The notes under the pieces were generated by a model. It worked only from the letters and a program-made list of their open reading frames with translations, was not told the DNA's origin and did not search any database. A program made the translations under genes and the position numbers. 64,000 bases of DNA from Paraspadella gotoi (lineage: Eukaryota > Animalia > Chaetognatha), in contig CM119265.1 in the NCBI GenBank assembly GCA_051294375.1, forward strand, positions 4,725,170 to 4,789,169, given 5' to 3'. Of this stretch, positions 48,555 through 60,428 are shown piece by piece; position 1 is the first letter of the stretch, and the number at the start of each line of letters is the position of its first letter.

Positions 48555-50482
48555 ATATCATCCGATAATTTTAGCAGTTTTACTAAATTTTTGAGTTAAA
48601 AAACATCAAAATTTTAAAAAGTGAATTATAATATTTTGCTAACTTATTAAGCTCTATCAGAATCATTTAAAAAAACTTAAAATAGAAAAAAAAATTTTTG
48701 ACATTATAAGCAATATAATATAATTAATTAAGCGAATACTCATGGTTCGTAACATTTTGTTGCAAAAAAATATTTTAAACACAATAATGTAATACCAAAT
48801 AATGGAATTAGTTTAATGCTGTTCTCCCATTTAAATTGAATTTGGTCGCTACCGCTACCATAAGGTTTTTTGTTTTCCGTCGAAAAAACTTTGCGATTCG
48901 ACGCGTCGATTTCACTCTGGCATCCAGGTCGGCTTCGCCGAGACCGTTCTCTCTTCTCCGCCGCAGGCCTCTCTTTGTTTCCTAAAGTCCCCCCCCGCTC
49001 CTTCCGCTTTCCATCTAATTTCCCGCCTTGTTTTGACTCAAAACAAAAGAAAACGAAAGAGAGAAAGAGGAAAACACTTTCCCCTTTTTTCTTCTTTCCA
49101 GATCGCAAAAGGTCGAAAACTGGATGAGATTTTTGACCGAAGGTGAAGAGCAAGTCGCCTAAGCGCTAATGCTTCCGTCGTAGAGGCCGTTAGTCGAAAG
49201 AAGGCCTTCGAGCATTCATTCATCGCTGTCGATCTTCATCATTCATCTCATCATTACCGCCCCACCATCGTCCCGTCCTTTATCTCCAAGTGACTCCCTT
49301 GTCCTCCCTCCGCATCTCTTCTCCCCTTTTCCCCAGCGCTCTCTTTCTTATTTTTTCGATCTTTCAAAATTAACGAAGGCGCGAAAATAAACAGAAAGAA
49401 ATTTATCTCTCAAACGTTCCTGTTTTTCCGGCAGAAGAGAATGTATTCGTCAAAACAAAATGTAAACAAACGACCGTCGTCATCGTCATTCGTATTTAGT
49501 AATTTCTCAAAGGGAAAGAACGAAAACATTTCTTCACCCATGTTATATAGCTCCATTTCTCATTGTCAAAACAAGCGCGAGTAAGATAAAGATATTATAT
49601 TGAAATAAAAAAAAAGCGTTCATGTATTCTTACAGTTAAACTCGTATTAAAAAAAATAGAACAAGGAACTAAGGCTTAAACGTTCGATTATTCTTTTAGG
49701 TTATACCAATACTATGTGATTTTTTCCGGATAAGTTTTTCCTGTACCTCGATCGTATTTCATCTCTAGCGCTAGTGAGTTTTGCCAAAGATAAAGCAAGA
49801 AAAACTGGGAGTGGAAAAAGCAATCGAAAAGATCGGTGACAATTATTTAAGATAGATATAAAATATAGCAATGTAAGAACATTAATGCTTATAAAATATA
49901 TTCAAAGACCATATCACTTATAATGACTTTTATGACCGATACTAACAATTTAAATTCTCCCAAAAGTTAAAACGATGTCATCACCGCATCCACATAAAAA
50001 TGCGACATCTATGTCGTTCCCTCGCGATTTTTTTGCTTCATGCGTCGCGGAAATAAAAGCGAATAAATAAATAAAAAAGCGCCATAAAATTCCTTTTTCT
50101 GTTTCCCTTCCATTTCAACGCGTATGACGTTGGTTTCCTATGGAGTTATTTTACCCCAAGAAACCCCAGGCCGATGGAACTGGGTATTGGGCGATGAAAC
50201 CGGGGAACGGTAGGGCTCTTGGCGCTGGTCACTGGGGTGGACGGCTGCCGCCGTCGGGGTCAAAGTTGGACCCCGGAAATGGTTTGACCTTGGCTCGAAA
50301 AAATCCCACGGGTTTGAGCGAAAAACGGCGATCCTTCAGAAGTCAATTTCCGAAGTCGTTTTCACGGTTCGCGATTGAGAAGTCCTCGCTCGTGCCCTCG
50401 TATATATCGTCTCGTCCCCAGCCTACGGTCCATTACACCATCATCTACTTTATGACATTGCGTCACCTCACCTCGTATTCCC

Positions 50483-51049
50483 TTTTTTTTTATTTTTATA
50501 TTTTTATTATTTTTTTTTATTTTTTTTTTTTAAATTATTTTTTTTTTTTTTTTTTTTACTTTTTTTTTTTTTTTTTTTTTATTTTGTTATATTTATCTTT
50601 TTATTTTTTATTTTTTTTTTATTTTTTTTATATTTTATTTTTTTTTATTTTTTTTTTTTAATATTTTTTTTTTATTTTTTTTTTTTATAATTTTTTTTAT
50701 TTTTTTTTTTTTTTTTTAATTATTTTATTTTATTTATTGGTTTTTTTTTTTTGTTTATTTTTCTTTTTTAGTTTTTTTTAGTTTTTTTATTTGTTTTTTT
50801 GTTTTTTTAGATTTTTTTTTTTTTTTTTTTATTTTTTATTTTTTTTTTTTTTAATTTTTTTATTTTTTTATTTTTTTTTATTTTTGTAGTTTTTTTTTTT
50901 TTTATTTTTATTATTTCTTTTTTTTTTTTTTTTTTTTTTATTTTTTTTTTTTATTTTTTTTTTATTTTATTTTTTTTTTTTATTATTTATTTATTTTTTT
51001 ATTTTATTAATTTTTTTTTTTTTTTTTTTTTATTTTTTTATTTATTTTA

Positions 51050-51080
<31 letters not shown>

Positions 51081-51217
51081 TATTTTTTTTATTTTTATTT
51101 TTTTGTTATTTTATATTATTTTATTTTTTTTTTACTTTTTTTTTTATTTTTTTTTTTATTTTTTTTTTTTACTTTTTTATTTTTTATTTTTTTTTTTTTT
51201 TTTTTTATTATTTTTTT
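50483..51217. repeat. Extreme T-rich low-complexity tract
   Basis: Almost only T with scattered A; runs into a 25-N gap; essentially identical to 57567-58286 (offset 7069). Confidence 0.9.
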
Positions 51218-51242
51218 NNNNNNNNNNNNNNNNNNNNNNNNN

Positions 51243-51278
<36 letters not shown>

Positions 51279-51478
51279 CCACGGCTTTTGTTTGTTTTTC
51301 GCTCCCTCTTCCTTCTCTCCCTTTTTTTTAGGGCTCTCTCTCTCTTGTCATTTCCGTCTTAATTCTCTTTGGTCTCTTTCTCTCTCTCCCCTGCTTTAAA
51401 ATACTGACTCGAAACTATATTTATACTGAATCCATCTCTCTCCGTTTATCGTCCCTCGTGCCGCTTAAAATTTTTATT

Positions 51479-51520
<42 letters not shown>

Positions 51521-51656
51521 ATCGCTTTCATTCACGGATCTCGTATGTCGCGAATACGGCCTCCTGTTTCTGTTTTCTTTCTTCGCTCATTATGTGTCGG
51601 AAATGGAAGAGGTTGGTGGGCGGAGATGAACCTTCATTCAAACCAATTTCCTTTCT

Positions 51657-51702
<46 letters not shown>

Positions 51703-52070
51703 ATCCGCTTCTGGTTCGCACGCGAAAATCGGCGACCATAAGTAGAGCCCAAACTTCGTCAATGGGGTGGGTCAGAAGTTTGATTTGGGAACCTTTCCAA
51801 ATGAAACTTCATACATTTAGAAAACCTTTCAATGGAGCAAAATTTTCTAAAATGGCAAGAAGCATAGTAATTAATTTTTAAATATTTATTTATAGATAGG
51901 AAATGTCAAATAAATTTTTTTTTTGAAATTTTTTATTTTTAAAAGCAGATTCAATAAGCTTATGAACGTTATCACACAAAGTATAATTCTTTTTTCAATA
52001 TTTTGATGATAAGTGGGTTTAAGTTGAGAAAAACTTTAAAAAATCATCATCATACATTATTATTTAGTAT

Positions 52071-55000
52071 TGTTCATAGCCTCAGCACTAGAATTCCCTC
52101 ACTCCAGAACGCCCATGTTGATAACGGTGATGTAGTGTAGAGTTAAAAACCTTCAGTAACAGTAATAACATAACAAACATATTTCTCATAGTTCATGTCA
52201 ATAACATACTTAGTAGCATTCTCCGGGAGTGTGAAAAGTTTTGTTAATCTTCTGCCGCAGCGTTTGAATCCTGGCGCCTCTAAACTCAGTATCAACCTTT
52301 TCTAAATCCTTGACGAACGCTAAGCAAAGATCATCGTTTACGTTACGACGCCGAAGTTTCACGCGCGACGACCTCTCTTAACACTCCCCCTGTACGTACA
52401 CGAACACTAATACAGAGAGGTCGTCCACACACCCGCTGCTTCGTCCTGTGGCAGTAGAGCCGTCTGCAAATTTGTCCACTCAGCATGCAACCCGAGTTTT
52501 TTATCCCCCATGAGTTTCGGCTCGCTTGACGACCCCATTGAAGCACGCTGACGGCTCCTATAGCATTCTCCTTTGAACCCAACCCAACTCAGTTGGCTCC
52601 AAAATTGGATGGAGGCGCAAACTCCCCCGTCGGCATCCCGAAGCGCCACCGACTTACGGCGTCGATCTGCGTTGTCAGGGCCCCAGCCCGTCTCCTTGAC
52701 CCCTGTTCTGACGATTTTTGCTGGCAACCGGCGTCGTCTCTGATGACGCCCTGCTTATTGCCGCTCCCCGTGGCGTTCATGCCCCGGATTTTCGATGTCT
52801 TTCTCCTTTTGCGTCGATCATCTTGTCTGGGGGTTCACTTCGTGCATGCGAGGTTCACAGAAACAGTTGAGGGTGCATGTTTGGTGGCAGAAACCGATCA
52901 CCATTGAAAGTTCTTTCTGGAATTTCCTCCCCCCTCTTTTTCACAAGATTAATCAATTTGTTTAGTTATTATCACTGTATTCAAGACGTCAAATTTAATA
53001 AATTTGTCTCAAACTTGCTCACTCAGTTTCACGTCTTTTTCAAAACTTGTTCCAAGCCTCATTCAACTTTCTATAACTTCCGTCTTTAAATCTTGTGTTA
53101 ATTTCAGTGAATTTATTGCTGGGCACCAAACGAGATAAACAAATCTAAATACAGCCCCATCTATTCTTCTCATTGCTCTTCTCATTTTACTTCTTTTATA
53201 AAGTGAAAAGGTCAACCTGGTCCCAAACTTTAATAAAAATGTTGATTTGTTTAGACAACAACTCCACTGTTGTCGTCAGTCGTCGGCTCTCTGAGCCAAA
53301 GAAGACCTTTATCTTTTCCTCTCATAGGCCTCTCAACTCATGTCCATGGCATACACATCCAAGCCTCTTGAATGTGTTCGTTAATTTAAACAATTCCAGA
53401 GTTTTTCCTTTCACTCCAGAATATTTCTCTCACACCCTTATCCTCTTGATGTGAGTCGTCAAACAAAATTTTAGTTTCTACCTCCAACTTTGTCAGCTGC
53501 TCCAAGCAGTAAGTTAAAGGATTCCTCCTCCTTCCGTCTTTTTTTCTCTCTTTAGAACGACATCATAATCGATATGCTCAAATATTTTATCAATATTAGC
53601 AAGTTTTGAATGTGAGACCAAGCTAGCCAGATTTGTAAAACTTTTTTTTTTTTTTCATTTTTTCAATATTTTCATGAAGACTGATCTTGTAGCCCAGCAA
53701 TGTTCATTAATCATTGTTCATCATTAAAAACTCGTCATTCTTTCTCTTTATCTACAAGTAGAGGCGATTAAAACTGTAGTGAAGAGTTCGTGATACTAAG
53801 TTGGATCCAAACACTGTCATAAACCGTAATCTTATACATTCCATCTTATTGATCTCCTGATTTCATACGAGGATTTATAGAAATTAATACAATGAAAGCA
53901 GCAGGTGAGCCCCCCGACGCTCTTCATGTGAATGACCTTGTAATCTGACACAACAGGAACTGTCCCATGAGATTGAGTGTACAGCAAAGCCTCAACACTC
54001 AACGCTTGAAAGTTAAGCTCAAAGGATGAGAATTGCAAAAATTTCTCCTTCACACAATGATAGCAGCGCCCACAATGGCCAGCAATTCAGTGTTCAACAA
54101 TGGCATTTCAATGCATTTCTCCGCAAGCGTCTTCCAATTACAGGCGGATGGGTGGCCGATTGATCTCTCCTCAGTTTCTCCTTTGACAGTTTCTTCCGCA
54201 ACCCTTTCCACAATTTTTCCGCATCCTTTACCGCAACTTCTTTCGCGACTCTTTCCGCAACCTTTCACAACTTTTTCCTCAGTCTTTTCCGCAACGTCAT
54301 TTGAAACTCTTGGGCACAACTCTTTCATCAGCAGACATCTTTTTCAGCAAATTCTTCAGCAGCGACTTCTTTAGCAGCAGCTTCTTTAGCAGTAACGTCT
54401 TTACCTGCAAGCCTTTTCAAACGCAGATTTTCCAGCAGCATCGTCTTCAGCACGATCTTCTTTAAGCAGCAACTTCTTCTGCAGACAGCATCGTGGACAG
54501 GCTTCTCACCAACAGCCTCAGCTTCTTTATTGGTTTTCGTGCGGCGGCGGTGCAATCAGGATCGGCGCACCATTCATTTTCGGCAAGAGCTTCCTCGTCG
54601 AGTCGATCGGCGGTCAGGCAATTCCGTTGCGTCGTCCTCTCCAATAACTCCTTCGTTGAGACTCCTTTGTTCGTCCGCCTTCCCATCTGCCCCACTTGGA
54701 CTCGCCAGCCTTTCAATCTCTGCTCTCTCCTTTCTTTCTTTCGTTTTTATGTCTGACTTCTTCTCCCATCCTCTATGCCTTTCCTCCACCTCATTATTCT
54801 TTCTTCGGTTCTCTTTCGAATTTCTTTCAATTTTTCTTCAAGCTCATCCTCTTCATCCACCCTCGTCTTGCTCTCTCCTTTTCGTATTCTATATTCGTTC
54901 GTTCTTTCTCTCCTCTATTCGCTATAACACTCTTTCTCTGCCATTTCTAGTCCTTGACCACCTTTGGCGAATCATCTCGCAAGACGTATGAGACGACGTC

Positions 55001-55649
55001 GTACCATTCGTTAGCTTTTGAGACGGTTTGACGCTGACTCTTGTCGGCTCCAAGAAGGTGAAGACTCTTGTCGTGGACTTTGGCGACGAGCAGACCATCG
55101 CGACGTCGCCATCCATGCAGATGCTCTAATTCGATGTGTTCTCGGCAGCGGCCTCGAGACCCGTCCCTATCGTAGCTCCCTCTTACTCCTCACGCGATCA
55201 AGGTATGATCTGCTGCTCTGCTGCTGCTGCTTCGGTGATTTAGGTTTGTTTAGATTTAATTGTTGAATTTGAATTATAGTTTTAGTTTAATTTTAATCCC
55301 GGATTATGACATATAAGTTTTAAATATTTAGTATTGTTCATGAGCCTCAGCACTAGAATTTCCCTCACTCCAGAACGCCCATGTTGATAAGGTGAGGTAG
55401 TGTAGAGTTAAACCTTCAGTAACAGTAATAAACATAACAAACATATTTCTCATAGTTCATGTCAATAACATAGCTTAGTAGGCATTCTCCGGGGAGTGTG
55501 AAAATTATTGTTAATCTTCTGCCGCAGCGTTTGAATCCTGGCGCCTCTAAACTCAGTATCAACCTTTTCTAAATCCTTGACGAACGCTAAGCAAAGATCA
55601 TCGTTACGTTACGACGCCAGATTTCACGCGCGCACGACCTCTCTTAACA
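52071..55649 (-). mobile_element. Second copy of the LTR-bounded element (LTRs 52071-52383 and 55335-55649)
   Basis: TGTT...AACA direct repeats, PPT at 52384-52391, interior collinear with 45266-48230. Confidence 0.85.
52500..55230 (-). pseudogene. Frameshifted internal coding region of the LTR element, second copy (boundaries approximate)
   Basis: ORF-track fragments 54050-54328, 54328-54555, 54574-54789 and 53832-54053 tile the minus strand with E/K/A-rich peptides. Confidence 0.55.
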
Positions 55650-57566
55650 ATATCATCCGATAATTTAGCAGTTTTACTAAATTTTTGGTAAAAAACATCA
55701 AAATTTTAAAAAGTGTAATTATATATTTTGCTTAACTTTTTAAGCTCTATCAGAATCATTTAAAAAAACTTAAAAATAAAAAAAAAATTTTTGACATTAT
55801 ATAGCAAATAAATAATTTAATTAAGCGAATACTCATGGTCAACATTTTGCAAAAAAATATTTTAACACAATAATTAATACCAATTAATGGAATTAGTTTA
55901 ATGCTGTTTCCCATTTAAATTAGATTTGTCGGCTACCGCTACCATAAGGTTTTTTTTTAGTTTCGTCGAAAAACTTTTGCCCGATTCGACGGTCGATTCC
56001 ATCCTGGCATCCAGGTCGGCTTCGCCGAGACGGTCTCTACTTTCTCCGCCGCAGGCTCCTCTTTTGTTTCCTAAAGGTCCCCCCCCGTCCTTCCCGCCGG
56101 TTTCCATCTTAATTTCCCGCCCTTGTTTTGACTCAAAACAAAAGGAAAACGAAAGAGAGAAAGAGGAAAACACTTTTCCCCCCTTTTTTCTCTTTTCAGA
56201 TCGCAAAAGGTCGAAAACTGGATGAGATTTTTGACCGAAGGTGAAGGAGCAATCGCCTAAGCCTAATGCTTCCGTCGCTAGAGGCCGTTAGTCGAAAAGA
56301 GGCTTCGAGCATCATCATCGCTGTCGTCTTCATCATCATCATCATTACCGCCCACCATCGTCCGTCCTTTATCTCCAAAGTGACTCCCTTCCCTCTCGAT
56401 CTCTCTCCCCTTTTCCCCAGCGCTCTCTTTCTTTTTTTCCGATCTTTCAAAAATATAACGAAGGGCGAAATTAAACAGAAAGAAATTTATCTCTCAAACC
56501 GTTTCCTGTTTTTCCGAGCAGAAGAGAAATGTATTCCAAAACAAAATGTAAACAACGACCGTCGTCATCGTCATTCGTTTTAGTAATTTCTCAAAGGGAA
56601 AGAACGAAAACATTTCTTCACCGAGTTATATAGCTCCATTTCTCTTGTCAAAACAAGGCGCGAGTAAGGATAAAGAATTATATTTCGAAATAAAAAAAAA
56701 AGCGTCTGTATTCTACAGTTAAACTCGTATTAAAAAAAATAGAACAAGGAACTAAGCTTAAACGTTCGATTATTTTTTTGTTATGACAATCCTAGATGTC
56801 GTTTCGGGAAGTTTCTCGTTTTTCTTTACCTTTGGAGTTTTGCCAAAGAGTAAGAAGAAAAACTGGGAGTGGGAAAAAGCAATACGAAAGAGATGCGGTG
56901 ACAATTATTTAGAGATAGATATAAAAATATAGCAATGTAAGAACATTAATGCTATAAAATATATTCAAGACCAAATCACTTATAATGACTTTTATGACCG
57001 AATAACCTAACAATTAAAATTCTCCCAAAAAGTTAAAACGATGCATCACCGCATCCACATAAAAAATGCGACATCTATGTCGTTCCCTCCGCGAATTTTT
57101 GCTTCATGCGTTCGCGGAATAAAAGCGAATAAATAAATAAAAAGGCCATAAATTCCTTTTTTCTGTTTCCCTTCCATTCAACGCGATGACGTTCGGTTTC
57201 CTTGGGTCTATTTTACCCCAAGAGAACCCCGGGCCGATGGCACCTCGGGGTTATTGGGCGATGGAACCGGGGAACGGTAGGGCTCTTGGGCGCTGAGTCC
57301 ATGGGGGGACGCTGGCGCCGTCGGGGTCAAAGTTGGACCCCGGGAAATGGGTTTGACCTTGGCTCGAAAAAATCCCGGTTTTGAGGCGCAACGAAAACAG
57401 CGATCCTTCAGAGTCAATTTCCGAAGTCGCTTTCATCACACGTCGCGTTGAGAGGTCCCCTCGCTCGTGCCCTCGTATAATAGTCGTCTCGCTCCCTCAG
57501 TCCTATCGTCGCATTCACACATCATCTACTTTTGACATTGCTCTAACTACCTCGTTATCTCTATTC

Positions 57567-58118
57567 TTTTTATATTTTATTATTTTTATTTTTTTTTTTT
57601 AAATTATTTTTTTTTTTTTTTTTTTTACTTTTTTTTTTTTTTTTTTTTTATTTTGTTATATTTATCTTTTTATTTTTTATTTTTTTTTTATTTTTTTTAT
57701 ATTTTATTTTTTTTTATTTTTTTTTTTTAATATTTTTTTTTTATTTTTTTTTTTTATAATTTTTTTTATTTTTTTTTTTTTTTTTTAATTATTTTATTTT
57801 ATTTATTGGTTTTTTTTTTTTGTTTATTTTTCTTTTTTAGTTTTTTTTAGTTTTTTTATTTGTTTTTTTGTTTTTTTAGATTTTTTTTTTTTTTTTTTTA
57901 TTTTTTATTTTTTTTTTTTTTAATTTTTTTATTTTTTTATTTTTTTTTATTTTTGTAGTTTTTTTTTTTTTTATTTTTATTATTTCTTTTTTTTTTTTTT
58001 TTTTTTTTATTTTTTTTTTTTATTTTTTTTTTATTTTATTTTTTTTTTTTATTATTTATTTATTTTTTTATTTTATTAATTTTTTTTTTTTTTTTTTTTT
58101 ATTTTTTTATTTATTTTA

Positions 58119-58149
<31 letters not shown>

Positions 58150-58286
58150 TATTTTTTTTATTTTTATTTTTTTGTTATTTTATATTATTTTATTTTTTTT
58201 TTACTTTTTTTTTTATTTTTTTTTTTATTTTTTTTTTTTACTTTTTTATTTTTTATTTTTTTTTTTTTTTTTTTTATTATTTTTTT
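57567..58286. repeat. Extreme T-rich low-complexity tract (copy of 50483-51217)
   Basis: Same irregular A/G/C interruptions as the first copy. Confidence 0.9.
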
Positions 58287-58600
58287 NNNNNNNNNNNNNN
58301 NNNNNNNNNNNAAAATGTATATATTTCATGAAAAAGGCTATTTTCCTGGACGGCGAGAAAAAAGTCGGTCAAAGGATATTTTGATTATATTCGTGACCCA
58401 CTTTTTTCTCCCGTTTTATGTCTCTTTCCCGATCAGACGCCCCGGAGTGGCCGTCTCCCACGACACGGAAGCGGACTTTTCGCGTGGACTCGGGACTGAT
58501 AGACTTACCCAAAGCGACTTACTCTATAAATTATGGTTTTGACTTAGAAGGTAAGGGATAAGAGTCTCCTTTTTTTGCGGAAACTACTCGCGAAGGATAT

Positions 58601-58635
<35 letters not shown>

Positions 58636-59174
58636 NNNNNNNNNNNNNNNNNNNNNNNNNNNNNNNNNNNNNNNNNNNNNNNNNNNNNNNNNNNNNNNNN
58701 NNNNNNNNNNNNNNNNNNNNNNNNNNNNNNNNNNNNNNNNNNNNNNNNNNNNNNNNNNNNNNNNGAAAGAGAGAGAGCAGGCAAAGCTAAACCCTCTTCA
58801 GCCGACTGGTGACTGATTAAACGGCTTTTCTCGCTCTAGCGATTTCTCGAGGCCTTCTCTCTCTCTCTCTTTCTGCCTTGGCCCAATCCACCGCGTAACG
58901 TCAGTAACGTCGTTCAACATCCGGGTTTAATGTAGTTTAAGCCCGAGTCGATCCCCGATGCCCGAGCAACTTGAATCTACGATTCTCAGACGCGCGGCGT
59001 TGCGCGATTCAGCGTGACGTAACACTGCGTCGAGATGCGCCGAGACTGAGAAGACGAAAAAGACCAAAAGACGAATCCTCCTTTCGTCTCCTGGGATAAA
59101 TGACGTCATGGGGCGATTGTGGATCACGTGACGCTGCCGTTCGGACCCAAATTCAGGCCGAGGAATTCCGTGCT

Positions 59175-59203
59175 GCGTCACGCAGCGTCACGCCGCGTCA
59201 CGC
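59175..59203. promoter_or_regulatory. Triple GCGTCACGC motif at 10-bp period (candidate homotypic TF-site array)
   Basis: gcgtcacgc at 59175, 59185 and 59195; nearby TGACGTCA (59101) and further GTCACG matches on the minus strand (~59013, ~59127). Function is inference. Confidence 0.3.
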
Positions 59204-60390
59204 TGAGCGTGAATTCGTCTTTCCAAGAGTCCCGCTTATTGACGTCGAAAAAGAGATAAAACTAAAGGGAGGACTCACTGACGATGGATTCGTTGAGAAT
59301 CACGACTACTGACGTGAAATGCGAATGACAGAGAAGCCAACCAAGGCACTCGATTCGCCCGCGAGTAAATTATTAATGAAGATACGCGTTTCTGATCGGA
59401 AAACGAGAGAGAATGAGACTCGTAAAAGGGAAGGCGTCGACTTATTTTCGCACAACCGAGTTTTCTCTCCGCTTGTTGAAAACTGTCACTATAGAAACCA
59501 AAGCTTTTGNNNNNNNNNNNNNNNNNNNNNNNNNNNNNNNNNNNNNNNNNNNNNNNNNNNNNNNNNNNNNNNNNNNNNNNNNNNNNNNNNNNNNNNNNNN
59601 NNNNNNNNNNNNNNNNNNNNNNNNNNNNNNNNNNNNNNNNNNNNNNNNNNNNNNNNNNNNNNNNNNNNNNNNNNNNNNNNNNNNNNNNNNNNNNNNNNNN
59701 NNNNNNNNNNNNNNNNNNNNNNNNNNNNNNNNNNNNNNNNNNNNNNNNNNNNNNNNNNNNNNNNNNNNNNNNNNNNNNNNNNNNNNNNNNNNNNNNNNNN
59801 NNNNNNNNNNNNNNNNNNNNNNNNNNNNNNNNNNNNNNNNNNNNNNNNNNNNNNNNNNNNNNNNNNNNNNNNNNNNNNNNNNNNNNNNNNNNNNNNNNNN
59901 NNNNNNNNNNNNNNNNNNNNNNNNNNNNNNNNNNNNNNNNNNNNNNNNNNNNNNNNNNNNNNNNNNNNNNNNNNNNNNNNNNNNNNNNNNNNNNNNNNNN
60001 NNNNNNNNNNNNNNNNNNNNNNNNNNNNNNNNNNNNNNNNNNNNNACAGAAGCCGTTGAAGCACTGGTTGTGTTGAAATTGTCTTAACGACACAGTACCC
60101 AATGCTCGGTTGCCATTAAAAAAGACAGAAAAGANNNNNNNNNNNNNNNNNNNNNNNNNNNNNNNNNNNNNNNNNNNNGAGAGAGAGAGAGATTGTCGTC
60201 GATGATATATTCACCGCCATCCACGATGACAGATGCAATCACCTCGAAAAACCGCAGCGACTGTTGCATTTCCGAGAGAGGGTGACCTCATTTTCCTCCT
60301 TCCGTGCATAAAACGCTGGCACTCGATCCATTTTTCGCGAGCAAGAAGAAAAGGGAGAAAACTGTCTCGCTCTGATTGAACCCGGTAGCG

Positions 60391-60419
<29 letters not shown>

Positions 60420-60428
<9 letters not shown>

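Larger units (their letters stand above)
44581..48851. mobile_element. Composite insertion: short-TIR element (TAG...CTA, possibly hAT-type non-autonomous) interrupted by an LTR element
   Basis: Left end TAGAGACCAAA; right end tttggtcgcta (reverse complement TAGCGACCAAA). The whole 4.27 kb is absent from copy 1, where aaaatcagctaccataaggttt is contiguous (~30062-30083). Flanks share an accataag-like sequence. Confidence 0.7.
34691..51217 (+). repeat. Large duplicated block, copy 2 (lacks the TTAA element, carries the TIR/LTR insertion)
   Basis: Collinear with 18235-31445 apart from the two insertions and the fold-back. Minisatellite at ~37654-38226; ends in a T-rich tract and a 25-N gap (51218-51242). 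Confidence 0.92.
51743..55935. mobile_element. Second copy of the composite TIR + LTR insertion
   Basis: Left cggcgaccataag|TAGAGCCCAAAC; right gatttgtcggCTA|ccgctaccataag; same insertion site as 44581-48851. Confidence 0.7.
51243..58286 (+). repeat. Further copy of ~44040-51217 (flank + composite insertion + flank + T-rich tract)
   Basis: Bounded on both sides by 25-N gaps (51218-51242, 58287-58311); collinear with copy 2 with many small indels. Confidence 0.92.

Noticed and set aside
50483-51217. T-rich tract as the poly(A) tail of a retrocopy or non-LTR element
   Set aside because: Far too long and irregular, with no attached element body or TSD, and it ends at a gap; more likely low-quality contig-end sequence.
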